A stretch of DNA of 64,000 bases from Paraphysomonas bandaiensis (Eukaryota > Protista > Chrysophyceae): contig CBFFRP010000077.1 of NCBI GenBank assembly GCA_965644295.1, forward strand, positions 124,001 through 188,000, read 5' to 3'. The notes beneath the pieces were generated by a model. It did not search any database. It worked only from the letters and a program-made list of their open reading frames with translations, and was not told where the DNA came from. The translations under genes were made by a program, and so were the position numbers. This document shows, in pieces, positions 37,701 to 50,783 of the stretch (within the stretch, counting starts at the first letter, position 1; each line of letters starts with the position of its first letter).

Positions 37701-40700
37701 AGTGGCTTCAGTTTCAAGGGCTTCGCCATTGGCAAGGATGTAATTTAGAGCTTCACTCAAATCGTAATTGCATAGTGACAACGCTGTCTCGCACCATTTC
37801 TTAGGGAAACCCATTTGCTCCAGCTGTTCTACCATGATGCTGTTGCCAGAACTGGTGTCATTAGAATAGGTTGGCTGGCCATCTTCTGTCGCATTAGCGG
37901 CGCATGCCACTTGCCAATCTAAATCCACGGCATACATATCCCCCACGAAATCTCGCATGTTAGCCATGTCATCGCCCAGGTTCTGGCGATATTGAGAAGC
38001 TTCATCCTCTACCCCAGCAGGAGTTGCACTACCGCCCTCTGCGTCCTGCACAATAATTCCTCCGATGTCAGAAAAACCTACTGGCTTTTCCCATTTCCTT
38101 CGCCTTGTGTTCGTCGAGTCAGATTTGTTGTCTTCTTCCCCATCCCCGGACACAGGAGAGTCACTCTGCCGTGAGGAGTCGTACCCTCCCCTTGCATCAT
38201 TTGTATCAGCCATGCTAGCACTCTCTCCCCCAAGCGTGATTCCAGCTGATAATGGAGATGCTGGATCAACGCTAACATTTCCACTGACATTAGCACGGGA
38301 TTTCTCCTCTAAATCACTCTGTTGTTGCTGCTTCACCCACACTTTTTGGCGCTGGGATATTAGTAAAGTGAGAAAACTCTCCATCAAAGGTATATCTGCC
38401 AGTCCTCCAGATTTCGTAATTTCACCAGCCATGCGTAGCATGGAAAAAATAAAATCAGGCCGAGAAGTCTCTCCATTTATATCGTTGCTCATGTAATCAG
38501 CAATGACGTCATGGACAATGTCAGCTGTACCCTCACAGGTGACAAGATTAGAAATGGCACGATATCCAACAAACTTCAAGTAGTTTAGTGACAGCTGTAC
38601 ATGCTCACTATCAGTTGTTGTCAGTGAGTTCTTTGAGTCTGACTGAATCATATCACGCTTTTCTTCAACAATATGGGTCTCATATTTCTTTTCCTCGAGT
38701 ATGGTACCTGCCTGATCGCTAGAAGTGGAAGCCGGTACGGTTAGAGCGTCACCACATGCCGATTCTTGGAACATATCTAATGTAACTATAGTATTCAAAA
38801 CAGACTCCACTAAACGCTTTGAAATCACCGTATCATCCAAAGGACATCTGTTTATACCCTTGATTTTGTCGGGTGGCACCAGTAAAGTACGACGGGACGT
38901 ATCCGCAACTAACCTGGAATTATCTCCGGCACAGTGAGCAGTAGGAAAAGTACTATAATTATCACCTGTCTCTCCATCAGACAGAGAAGCAACTACGACT
39001 TCTATCAAATCTGCAGAAGGGGTCCCAGATACAACAATTCCAAGTTTCGGCTGGTCTGATTTACTGCTAACAATTTCTACCATGCATCCAGCGTAAAAGG
39101 ATTCAATATGACCTCCAAGTACACTAAAAGCTGCAACTGATCGTGTTATATCTTGTCGTGGTATAGACTCTGAAGAAAGTATGTTAAGATGAGAGATTGA
39201 AGCGAGGAGTGCCTCTTCAACGATAGCATTCCAAGGCGGTGATTTGAGCAAAATTCGTATGAGTGCGACAGCTTCAGACACAGAGTCCAACACAGATCCA
39301 CCTACGGCTGCTTCCTGCTCATCACTGCCCCCTTCAAGTCGAATTAGGCATTCGATGCTTGGGTTCTGCACAACTTTTCCACATATATCTAATAACTTAT
39401 ATACAAACCACGTTGCCATAGAACTTTCGTTCTCATATTCTTCATTATACAATCCATGTACACTGTCTTCACTAATCAAATTCAAACTCGAAACGCTTGC
39501 AGCAGGTATAAGATCTGACAAAATTCGCAGTGCACGATGCTGACATAAAGGCGGGCTATAGAAACAGAGCTCAAGAAACAGACACATCCACCTCGGTTTT
39601 GTCAATATACCTTGACAGCTGGAATTTTTGCTGACACAGGTGAGCAAAAGGGTAGCTTCTGCTAATATAACCATACTATCTTGGGAGATGCAAACTACAC
39701 GAGCCCCTTCGTTTGATGTTTGCTCTTGGAATTGACAACGTAAGGTGGACAGTATAGTTTGAATCTGATTATAAAGCATGTCAAATACAACATTACTCAA
39801 AGTTGAAGGCCCCGAACGAGCTCGTACAAGTGGTGGACCTGTAAGGGGCTCAGATGATGATCTTTGCTGCTCCTCATCGCCCGTGGATGCTACCTGCAGT
39901 GCAAGGAGGTATAATACTTTCATTGCTGCGCGTGTGACAGTGTGGGAAAGTTTTGTATCCTCAGAAGAGCTTGGAATATCTGGTTCAGATACAGGATTCA
40001 CATCCTCTAAAATATCTTGAATGGCATGAAATATTTTCACCCGAACAAGCATGTCGTGATCATCTGCGCGAATAATAATACCCCAGCAGTCAAGTATCAT
40101 CAGAATAAGTGCGGCTTCTCCTCTATGTCTCGCAGTCAGAAGTTCATTAGACAGAGAAGAGTAGAGCGAATTAAACGCCCCTTGAGTTGATAACCTCAAA
40201 TCTGCAACACTTGCCTCTAGCCCATGCATGTAATGGCCTCGAATAGGAGAAACTGCAGGTGATACTGATACAACACTCTGAATTGAACTTGTAAAAAAAA
40301 GACACGACGAATCTCCACGCATAGCAAGTGGTACGTGCGCCAGTAATGCAATCTTATGCACCCATCCAGCGTAACCACTGCTACCAGATATGGACAGCGC
40401 CTGATTGATCATATCGAAACCTTGTCTTCTATCTTCTGCACGTTTAGACGCAGATTGTAGTCCCACGCGAATACAAGCCAAGCTAAAGTTGTCCTTCACA
40501 AATGATACCACCATATTACAAACTTTCCTACATTCTTCCTCCTGGCTAAGAATGGACTGAGATTCATACATACTCCTTGACGATCGACTGTCTGAAATGA
40601 AAAGTTCGTTTATATACCCAAGAGATATAGATCCCGATTTATACGGCACCAGCTCCATCAAAAACTGTCCCCTACCAGTAATCTTTGTGGACAACTGATC

Positions 40701-43700
40701 ATAGGATAAACCTTGTTTCTGGTGAAGTTGCATAGCCCATAATCTCACCTTATCGACAGTGGCTAAAATATGCATCAAGAAAAATGGTGGCTCCTTTACA
40801 ATAAATTGCTGCAATTGTGAATGCGCATCTCTTATGGTTTCGAGGTAATCAACGATAGATCTAACAGCACACACATAGCCTCCATGATAAAGAAGACAAC
40901 TAAAAAGCATTTGCATGGCGTTTGCTACTGAAGAACCGCCAATACTTTTTATTTTGTGAGACATTTTGTCGTGCTTAAACATCCACATCCAAAATAAGTC
41001 ATCCTTTCTCCGAACTCCATCTGAATTCTGACCAAGTACATCTGCAAGCCCAGCAACTGCAGTTGCAGCATGCTCAGTCATATTTAAACCCTTAGAAAAA
41101 AGAGGTGACTGTAGCCACTCATTAAGAGCAGCGGAAATATCTGTTGCATCACTATCAAATATAAAACTTCTGTCAGCACCCCCTGGACGTTTACTGCATT
41201 CAAGTGCAATATCGTGGTTGTTAAGCATAGGTCCTTCGCTGTAAATAAGGGAGCTTCCCACCCTGCCAATATAGGCTAAAATAATAGTCAAAAGCTGGGT
41301 ACTCAGACAAGAAAAAAGGTTTAACTCCTTTCGATTACCATTAGATAACCCCTCGTGGGCTACCGATGCTTTGGCTTGACGAAATGAGTCACTCTGAAAT
41401 AAATGTAACAATGACTCCAGCGATCTATGAAGAAGATGCACCGAATCGCCTTCACGTGGGACATACTCCCATCGTGCTAAACATGCAATCAGTTGTGGCA
41501 GATTAGATGAAATAATCGGAATATTCATCACTTTCAAGACACATTCGCTAGGGGGAAAAGATTTTATAACATGGATAACTGAATCAAACAAAAGTCTCAT
41601 ATACTCCAGCGTTGCGTAAGACGGATACCCAAGCAGCCGCTCCCTCTCACTAGGCTTCGACAAAACAACTCCTTCACCAAGACGAGAAACATCCATTGGG
41701 GATAAAAACGAAATCGCGTCTCCAGGAGAAAACAAGGAAAACGCAGGATAGAGCTCCTTGTCACCAATATTAGACAGCTTAGAAGACATAGAACCAGCCG
41801 ATGAATTCGTTGGGTCAGACACAATAAGAACTCCATCATCTGTGTCAAAAGTTATCTCAAGAACGCTTCCAACCCCAATTTTGATCGAGTTTTCGTGCTG
41901 TTGTCGACTACTTGAATGATATACTTCATTATTCATCGTCAAACCCCACCCACTAGAGTCTTGGCCAAGATAGGCGCCAGTATTAACATCTTCTGTAGCT
42001 ACGCCAAATATGCAGTGACCTCGTCGACCAAGATTTTCAATTTTAACACACCATTTATATAATCCGCTCCTCGGTTTCATAATTGTCGTGCTAAGACAAG
42101 TGCACCATTTTCTGCTACCTTTTTGAGATAGAGTTACTCCATCATCGGATAGTCCGAGATGCTTTGTGAATTTACTACTATTGAATGTCATATTGTACAA
42201 GCAGTGCACTTGCCTTTCACAACGACCAGAGTGTCCGCTGCTGTTAGCAGCATATTTGTCACCGTCCACTTCAGCTGAGCGACGCCAACTACCGTCTTCC
42301 CAATTCCACGCTAAAAATTCTCTTCCTTCGCCGGATGACTTCAGTGGCGTTAGTCGAACCAAGCTACCCTCCAATGATTTCACAACTACCTCTTTGTCAG
42401 TCCATGGAGCATTACTCTGACTACTCTCCACGGAAGCGTCAGAAGAAATTCCAGTTAAATGAGCTTGAATAGCACAAAGTAAATTGTAGGATGACTTTTG
42501 AATTCCTTCCGACATCACAGATTCAAACGACAAGTTTTCAGCTTCAACATCCAACAGGATCATTTGCAGAACATGCGAAAATCGACTCGCCACAAGAGCA
42601 TCGGGCTCATCTAAAGCGATAGTGGACGCCGCAAAAGTGCTGGCAGAAGGTGGTGCAGGAACAGCTGCAGAGGAAGATGAAAACTTTTGATAAAAGTCAC
42701 TGTACAGGCGAGCGCATTCTTCGCCAGAAAGCTTGCTGACTAAAGTGTTTTCGGTCCATGAGAGTTTCTTCTGTATCTGCCATTCCATTGGTGCAATGCT
42801 CTTCATATATCGAATGACGGTCCGTTTCGTTAGTTCGCCGACTTCTTCAACAAGAGAATGCACGACTTCATCTGGGGTGTAGAGTAACTCTTTCTCAGCA
42901 GACCTAGATGGTGTCGTATCTTGCATTGGGATATCCTCTTTGCTCTCTTGGCCATCATCATTGTCAGTACATGGCCTCATAAGCGATATCTCATATTTCT
43001 TATTACCCGAGCCAGGGCCGATGTGGCTCTTGCCACCATAACAGTACGCATTTTTAATACCATTCGACCACTTCACGACAGCACCGCACCCATTGTAGTG
43101 TTTTAGCCAGCTGAAAACACTGAGAATGATACCTCGACTTCCAGCACCTCCATCCTCAGTGCCGTAATGCCAGTCCGGTCCTCTTTCCACTATATCTCCT
43201 ACTTGTGGGGAGACCTCATCCGAGGCAACTGCCGCCAAAGGCTTGGTTGAAGAAAACATACATGACGGTGATTTCATCAGAGGATGCGAGCCTTTAGGAA
43301 TGAATTTAGAAACAAAGGCATGTCCTCCTTGCGTACGCGACATCCATATACAAATCTCAGACAGCATTAGAGATACAGACTCGGCAGAGAGCTTTAGAAG
43401 CAAAACCAGAGGGTCTTCAGGAAGGTTAGAGAGCGATATCGTAACATTCTTACTAGCTTCGTCGACAGCATGAATTTCGTCTGATACATCATTTCGAGGA
43501 AATCGCGGGTTGTTAAAATGCTTTCGAACAAGAAGGCATTCTAACATCAACGCTTGATCAGATATATGCGGGAAAAAGATATGGAACCCTGCTACAATTA
43601 CACTAATGGCTTCGTTTCGAACACAATTCCGCAGTGCACGCAACTGATTCGTATCAATGCTGCACTCATTACCGCTGTGAACGAATGCCAAAATAGAATT

Positions 43701-46700
43701 CAGAAATGTGGCAACGAATGGACTGGAGCCAGACCTTGTCGGGTGAGAATACTTCAAGCCAAGTGCACAAGGGGAAAGGTCTTGGTCTTTCACAGATTCA
43801 ATATTTACTCGCACAATTCTTAGTAATGTTACGCCAATAGAAAGAAGGGAAGTAAGAGATAGTTTTCCAGGGCCACTGTTGCTCTGTGATATTGATATTA
43901 GCCTGAGAATTTGACGCATACACGAGTTAAGTAGCAAAAATGTCAATACATGGGGATCTGATATTGCGAGAAAACCAGGAGATTTCAACTGAACATCATA
44001 ATACTTGCTTGTTGTCAAAACTTTCGGGCCTTTACTGACTTTCCAACCCAGAAAATTCGAACAAGACATATAAAGCTTCAGGCAAAGCCGAGCCAACCCC
44101 TGTTGCAAAGTATAACGTACTGATGTTGAAGGTAAGTCAGCTAGAGAGACTAGTATCGATTCAGGTTCTGTGACAGCATCTATACTTGTATTGAAATTTG
44201 TGAGAGGGGGTGGAGATATATCACGCATGGGTTCGAACCGCGACCACTCAAAATCGCCCAGTAGAGTACCGTGGCCAGGCTTCCAGTTGTGCTCTACTTG
44301 CGCCAAGTCATAAGCCACACTACCATGTCCTTCATCAAGGCGCCAGTACGCACACAGCCGTTTCTCTGACCCTGTCAAAGCAGAACGACTGCAACTGTCA
44401 GTGATATCCTGCATGGACCTCGATGACGACCAGACTCTCACATCGCATATTCCACCAACCCAACCGTCAACAACACCGCTGAATTCGTAACGACTGCAAT
44501 CTGCAGGAGAAGGAGAGTCACCACGCGCAGATGGTACATCTTCTGATCCGGCAAGAGAAGATACCTCGCTCATTTCGTTTCTGTCATCTTTACTCTCAGG
44601 AAAAGCGGTAGTATCGTACGAGAAGTTCTCTTTCGATTCAGAGGGTAGCGACGACTCATCTCTCGTGAATGTGATGGTGGCTCCAATGCAAAACATCTGC
44701 TTCAAGTTTTTTGGAGTGGCTATCTTTTCTTTTCGAGGCATACTTACTACTACCTTATCGATGACGATTGCCACAGTGCTTCTCGAAGTAGAGTATACGA
44801 CAGATATATTGTGCCATTTATTCGGTTTGAAAGTGCCATCAGGGGATTGATATATCTTACCAAATACGTCACAGTATACGGCTCCAGTGCCATCTACGAA
44901 TACAGCATTTACACGGGAATGTTTTTTCCCCGTAAAACTTAGAAGGGAGTATCGTTTTCCTGAAAGATCTGTATCATCCACAGGCAGATCCAGTCGAGCA
45001 CTTAACTCGATACAAAAGCTATGGGTAGGAGTAATTTTATCAAGAATTTTAGGATTTCCAAGAATATGACCAACCCCAGAATCACTTTTTGAAGAATTTA
45101 GTCGAATGCACACTGGTTTCAGCGGGGCCCTAACATCAACAACATCTGAATATATCTCTGATTCAGAAATGACACATTTCGTTGCTTCCATAGATTCTCT
45201 CGACTTATTATGCTTCATGGCAAATTCAGGTATATCACTTTGAGCATATATTTTGAAGTTGAAACCACACCCTGGAGCAGTTGATGCCACAGGTACCATT
45301 CCTTTTAATCCAATATCAACGTTGCATATCGTTGGGTTCCCATGCTCCACGCCATTTACGAATACGCGAATAAGATTATTATCTGTATCTAATAGACAGC
45401 CCACTGTATCATCCACTTTCCATGATCTAGGAGAAGACGTGGTATCGTTCCTATCACCGACTGTTTCGTCAGAAGCGATGGTGTCAGCAAAACAAGGAAG
45501 TAGTTGTCCACCGAGAGCTATTGCCTCCTGAGAGGCTTTTTCGCGTACAGCAGCCATTACTCCAGCTCCAGCCTCCTCATCAAATAATCTCTCCAAACCC
45601 ACGAACTCCCCGTCATAGGACACTACTTGCTGCGGAGTTGGCACCATTCTTTCTGTTGATGCCACTTGAAGAAGTTGATCGACATTATCCGCTGACATTC
45701 CGGTGGTAATCATTCGCTGCTTGACAGCCTCTCTTGGGACTCCCAAACGAAGTAATTTAACAAAAGATGCATATTCAGATCCTTCATGCACGGATAGTGT
45801 ACTGGACGTTTTAATTCCTTCATTCAGTGATTCGTATTTTTCAGATGATGTAGTGGTCGCCGATGGGACACTCTCTTTGATCACTGCACTGGCCTCCTCG
45901 TCAATGTCCTCAAGAGTCAGGGCAAGAGCCTCCTGAAGAGCACGGGCAGCAGCCTCTGCATTGTGGTACACCGCCCCAGCAAAGCCATCATACCCCCAAG
46001 ACTCGTAAAAGGCTCCGGGAGGACTTGAAACAGTAGAAGTAGAACAACAACACTGTGCCCATCCGATCCGCATGCCTCTAGGTTCGCCGCCCTTCAATAC
46101 ACCTTCGAAGTAATAGCAGCCGGTATTCCGGGCTGCCATACAACCAGTAATGAATCCACCAGTCGGACCCCACACCTCCAGCTGTCGGACTTTCTCTGGT
46201 ATACCATAGCTTGGAACAAATCGCGGACGAGACGCAAACGACTGCAGCCGCTGTACTTCGCTCTCGTGGGCTAAAATACTCTTCAAGTCCTCCGGTCCAG
46301 GTACTAACAACGATTCAATGAAGCTCAAACTGTTACAGCTAATTGTTCCCTGAAAAGAATGCAGCGTATTATCCTCGATAACTGAAAGTAAAGCTTTTAT
46401 TAGAACTAGAATAGCACGCAGATCTCTCTGTTGTCCGACTTTTTCACAAAATTCATCCATTTCGTCAGAAAGTGAAGAAGAATCTATTCCCCGCCTTTCT
46501 CGCCTATATTTGTAGGTAGTGAATGTATGACTTTGTAGGGCTCGTGCAAGAACTGTGTTTCTTTCGACTGTACTAACAGTTTTCAGTAATGTCGCAAATA
46601 ATCTGGACTGGGAGGAGGATGAGGTATGAGAATTGACATCGCCCGTTCGTCCACCAAAGTTTTTAGCTAAGAATTGTACTATTTTAGCCTTTTCATCGTC

Positions 46701-47018
46701 TGTAATATCGATCAAACTTTCGGTTTTTTTTCGAAGCTTCAGAACAGTTGAGCACTGCCATATTAGATCTTCAAGAGCCTCGCTCGCATCATCTTTTCCA
46801 CAGAGCTGATGTAATTATCAATAAAATATATAATAACATGTGAAAATAGAAGAAATCACCTGAGAAAGTTCAGACAACTGTTTTGTCCATTTCTGGGATG
46901 AAAGAAAAGAATCATGCAGGAGGGCGTCAATGTCCTCCTAATAAAATGATATCAGGATCCGCATTGCATTATATTCAATGATTACCTGCTGAATTCGGTG
47001 GCTACTCAAACTACTCAT
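28705..47018 (-). CDS. Giant HECT E3 ubiquitin ligase (~6036 aa) with SPRY x4, LamG/ConA x2, MIB-HERC2, UBA, SH3b-like repeats and HECT; exons 47018-46986, 46937-46860, 46805-29137, 29079-28848, 28803-28705
   Basis: HECT motifs VKFTGEGVDDHGGPYR and LPIAQTCFFSLSLPKYSS (catalytic Cys). MIB-HERC2 motif VERGPDW..GTEDGG; UBA motif LEQMGFPK; SPRY motifs YYFEG and GVHYWEV. Exon lengths sum to 18111 nt (6037 codons including the stop). Confidence 0.93.
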
Positions 47019-47552
47019 TGTAAGTAGAAAAGCCAAACAAATTCATTGTATTGTATTGCAAAATTAATGATTCTTGCCAGGACCTTGCAAGAGTTGTATT
47101 AATTAATACTTAATATCTGCTTCTGATGGCACCAGCGGAAAATCTCCACACACAAGGAGAAAAGAATGAAGAAGCAAAGATCACAACACAATAAAATACA
47201 CATTTTTTATATACGTACTGTACATACACATACACCATGGGACAGCAGTATATACAGTACTGCGGATATACAGTATTTTTTCACCTTCTTTTTTTTTGCT
47301 GAAAATGTTCTTGTTGGACGAGTATATTGTATCTGCTGTATTCCATGTATTTTTGGTCTGTCTCCAAATAAATACAAACTGAAACCAGACCAGTCATCTT
47401 TCGTTCATTGGCGTGTTATGTTACTGCCATTCGACCACTAACTCATCAATAGCAGTGACAGTAACACAAGTTATATAACCGATTACGATAGATTGGAGTA
47501 TTTGACACTCTGTATTAAAGTGTGGTGACATACACAATCAGTGGAATACGCA

Positions 47553-48334
47553 ATGTCTGCTGCCGATAATCCTGTAGTTGATGACATTATTGAAAAGGCG
47601 ATGCGAAAGTGTAATTACGACAATCAGTCCACTGCACCCACTGGATTTGCAAAGTTGCACGAACGCCTTCTGCGAGCTGGGGAAATCAAAGGCGGAAATT
47701 TACAAAATAGAAATAGATTTGGTCAGAATGAAACATGGAAATCAGGTTCTCCAGTCCCACGAATGATGTTTTAATTTGACATATGACTACTTTGTAGAAA
47801 ATGAAATAGAAAAGGCTCAAAAAAGTAGTGTTCTATATAGCTCCATTGGAAACAGTGCACCGTCATTGAAAAAAGAAAAGGCTGATTCTAAAGCAACATT
47901 GGGTAAAGGATGGTTCGATATGGAGGTGGTGGAAATGGCGTTTGCGTGTCATTGATTTTTAATTTATTAACACAGCCCATGGTTATTGACGAAGCTTTAA
48001 AGCGAGATATTAAAGTGATCAGGATGAGAAACTATCTAGACGCCAAGAGGTAAACTTTATTGCTGTATACTAGCATTGTGATATGTTTCTCCGCAGATTT
48101 TACAAGAACCCAGATAAAATTGGTAAAGTACTGCACACTGGTACTGTGATTGAAGGGAGTGGAGAATCAAGAGCTGCAAGACTAACAAATAAACAGCGTA
48201 AACAGAGTCTATTAGAAGAAGTCCTTGCGGACAAGAAGTCGAGGCAGTATTCAAAAAAGAAGTATTTGGAAATACAAAAAGACAAGTCCAATAAAAAGAG
48301 AACCTATAGGAAGCCTCTGCGAGCGAAGTATTAG
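47553..48334 (+). CDS. FCF2: Fcf2 pre-rRNA processing protein (DNTTIP2/TdIF2-like), 4 exons
   Basis: Spliced translation: LGKGWFDME|PMVIDEALKRDIKVIRMRNYLDAKR|FYK...GTVIEG...RLTNKQRKQSLLEEVLAD...YSKKKYLEIQ. Confidence 0.9.
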
Positions 48335-48622
48335 TGTGCTGTTTTATTTTTGATATTCAAGATATTTCTTAGTAGCATACACGGTCATTTTATGGAGTTA
48401 GTGATGCTGACTACTATTAACAGTTAGTTTTCATAACGTAAATGGCTTTTACTGTTACTGTGGTGTTGAGGCCACTGCTGGATTAGTGCAGTGTGAGTTG
48501 ATATTGAATTTGGCATATAGCTTCGTGTTGCAGGAATATATGTTGTCGTAGTTTATTTACATCGCGGAATTGCGCGTAAAGAATGTAGTGAATGCCTGAC
48601 AAAGCGGATTAGACACTTAGAC

Positions 48623-49308
48623 CAGGGCCTGGTAACCATTAATGGCAGGGATAGGGAACAATATATTGCAATACTATTGTTAGATAACGTTCCATCAATA
48701 GTATTGATGGATTTTTTAAACCGGTCCTACAATACAATTACAATGTATTGCAATATATTAGTATGACTAATCAGTAGGTAAACACATCCGTAGATTTCAT
48801 TTTTAGTATTAGTCATTAAGATCACATGACAACTAAACCAACTGCTGCTTATAGCTACTAAAAATACACCTCGTCCTCATCCTCTGAGCCATCATCGGTG
48901 AGGTCAACATCACCATATTCATCCACAGAATTAATTGAAATAACTGTCGAATAGCTTTCAGAAACAACAGCATATTAAGTAGGATGGATACTTTTGCGAA
49001 ACACTGATAAAATATGTTTAGCTGTGCTGAACAGACGTTCCCATGTATTGGAAGTACATACCAGGGCCAGGCAACCGTTAATGACTCGTGGATCTGTACG
49101 TTTCTTAATTTTTCGAGCTGACTGAAGATTTTTAGTCGCATAGTCAACATCAGCTTCATTATCCTTTGTAATGTTGTAATCAATTTCTCGGTTATTTATA
49201 TCCATTTTGCACCCTGCAGTTGAGAATCTTCTCTTATATGACTATCATAATATTGATTGCAATATATTGCAATAGTATTGTGAGCTCTTGCAATACTCCT
49301 AGCACTTG
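48623..49308 (-). mobile_element. Internally deleted hAT-superfamily DNA transposon remnant
   Basis: Frameshifted hAT dimerisation-domain motif TSNTWERLFSTAKHIL...RKSIHP / LLFLKAIRQLF (~48940-49060). (A)ATATATTGCAATA-type subterminal repeats lie on both sides. The TIRs and 8-bp TSD are not cleanly recoverable. Confidence 0.7.
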
Positions 49309-50604
49309 ATACTACTGTGATAGTACTTTGGCGTTATATTACGCTTTATCACAACAAGTCCGCAAAGTATTTTCACATGGCAAACGTACTAAATCCAACA
49401 ATCTCACAAATTTAACCTGATTGCTTTCAAATTATACCTTTGCCTAACCCTATCCCTAATCGAATAGAAATATCTGCATAAATTGAACATGCCATATATT
49501 GATGACAATACCGTGCTTCAGTAGACAGTTGTCACGTTTCCTTTTTCGAGAATAAGTATTATTGATATACACACATATATATATATTATTATACTATATC
49601 TAAAATAAGAAAGTTCGTAAAATGCGTGGCTGCATATGATGGCAGTACAAACGGAATATATGTAGTTCCGTGAATTTCAGTAGGAAGATTCGTTTGGTTT
49701 AATGAACAGATTTAAATGGAGTGTACCCTCAAGTTATGGGCACCTTTATAAGCACGTCGTATCACGGCTCCGGCGTTGGGATGCAGATACTAGAAACAAA
49801 GCATTTGCATGAGCTGCGTGAGTAAATTTCTATGCGTTGATAACTTGTCCACTCTTGCTGGTGGTAATGCTATTTATTTAGACAGCTTTAAAATTCGAGA
49901 CTTCGGCATTATCCAACATGCAGCAAAGCCACGACAGGGAATACGGTAAAGCTGCAAGGGTCATCAGAAGTCACACAGAAAACTGACGTCTTTAAGTCTT
50001 GAGTAACCATCTCAATACTAAGGTGTAAGTAGTATACATTGCACGTGCAACATAACATCAGTATGTCAATTCGAAAATACGGTATCTACAGTTTAACAAG
50101 GACTAGTTGCTATTAATATATTCGGTCAATATATATTAGTGAACCTATTGTAGGTGTTTTCCAGACAGATGTAGCCTCTCGCTAGCTGGATAGTTAAGTT
50201 GTCTGGTGTCACTGAATGTTGCCCTTTAACTGCTCGCTTCGCACGAAGCAAACCACCATAATAACCATTATGAAAAATAATACTTAGGTACAGCAGCAAT
50301 AACGAAATGATTTCCTGTTACATCCAAACACTCGAAGCTGTACATGTACAGCTCTAGGACAGGCAACTCGACTATGCTATTTCTGGGTGGGTTGTAGGGC
50401 TTTTCAGGGGTTGTATAAAATGGGGTACCATATTCTACAGGATTTTCCATATGATAGTTATGGTTCATGATCTATGACGGAACCATGCCATTTCGCTCCA
50501 GTTCAAGTGAATTTAGCTGAATAGGAAAATGATAGTTTGTTTTTTATATCGTTTTTTGAGACGAGTAGTCATCCAACAGATGTCAGTTCAATCCTGGCAA
50601 ATAA

Positions 50605-50677
50605 GGGCGACTAGCTCAATTGGTAGAGCGCACGCTTAGCATGCGTGAGGTAGTGGGATCGAAGCCCACGTTGTCCA
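50605..50677 (+). tRNA. tRNA-Ala: tRNA-Ala (AGC anticodon)
   Basis: Acceptor stem GGGCGAC/GTTGTCC-A with the G3:U70 Ala determinant; D-arm AGCTCAATTGGTAGAGC; anticodon arm CACGC-TT-AGC-AT-GCGTG; T-arm GTGGG-ATCGAAG-CCCAC. Confidence 0.97.
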
Positions 50678-50680
50678 CTC

Positions 50681-50687
50681 TTTTTTT
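50681..50687 (+). terminator. RNA polymerase III T-run terminator of tRNA-Ala
   Basis: Run of seven Ts starting 4 nt after the discriminator base. Confidence 0.8.
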
Positions 50688-50783
50688 CTCACTCGTTTGG
50701 TTTCCTGCCATTTTCTGGAATTTTTTACTCCATTGTCATTAAAAAACCTAAATCTGAATAAATTTATGGCATCTCGTGCTATA

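Noticed and set aside
29649-45936. Many short ORFs overlapping the HECT gene (e.g. 34504-35247)
   Set aside because: Antisense or off-frame shadows of a long coding exon, with no motifs.
49443-49460. CCTAACCCTATCCCTAA telomere-like stretch
   Set aside because: Only about three degenerate units; not a telomeric array.
50229-50250. TGCTCGCTTCG resembling the U6 snRNA 5' end
   Set aside because: No ACAGAGA box or other U6 sequence downstream.
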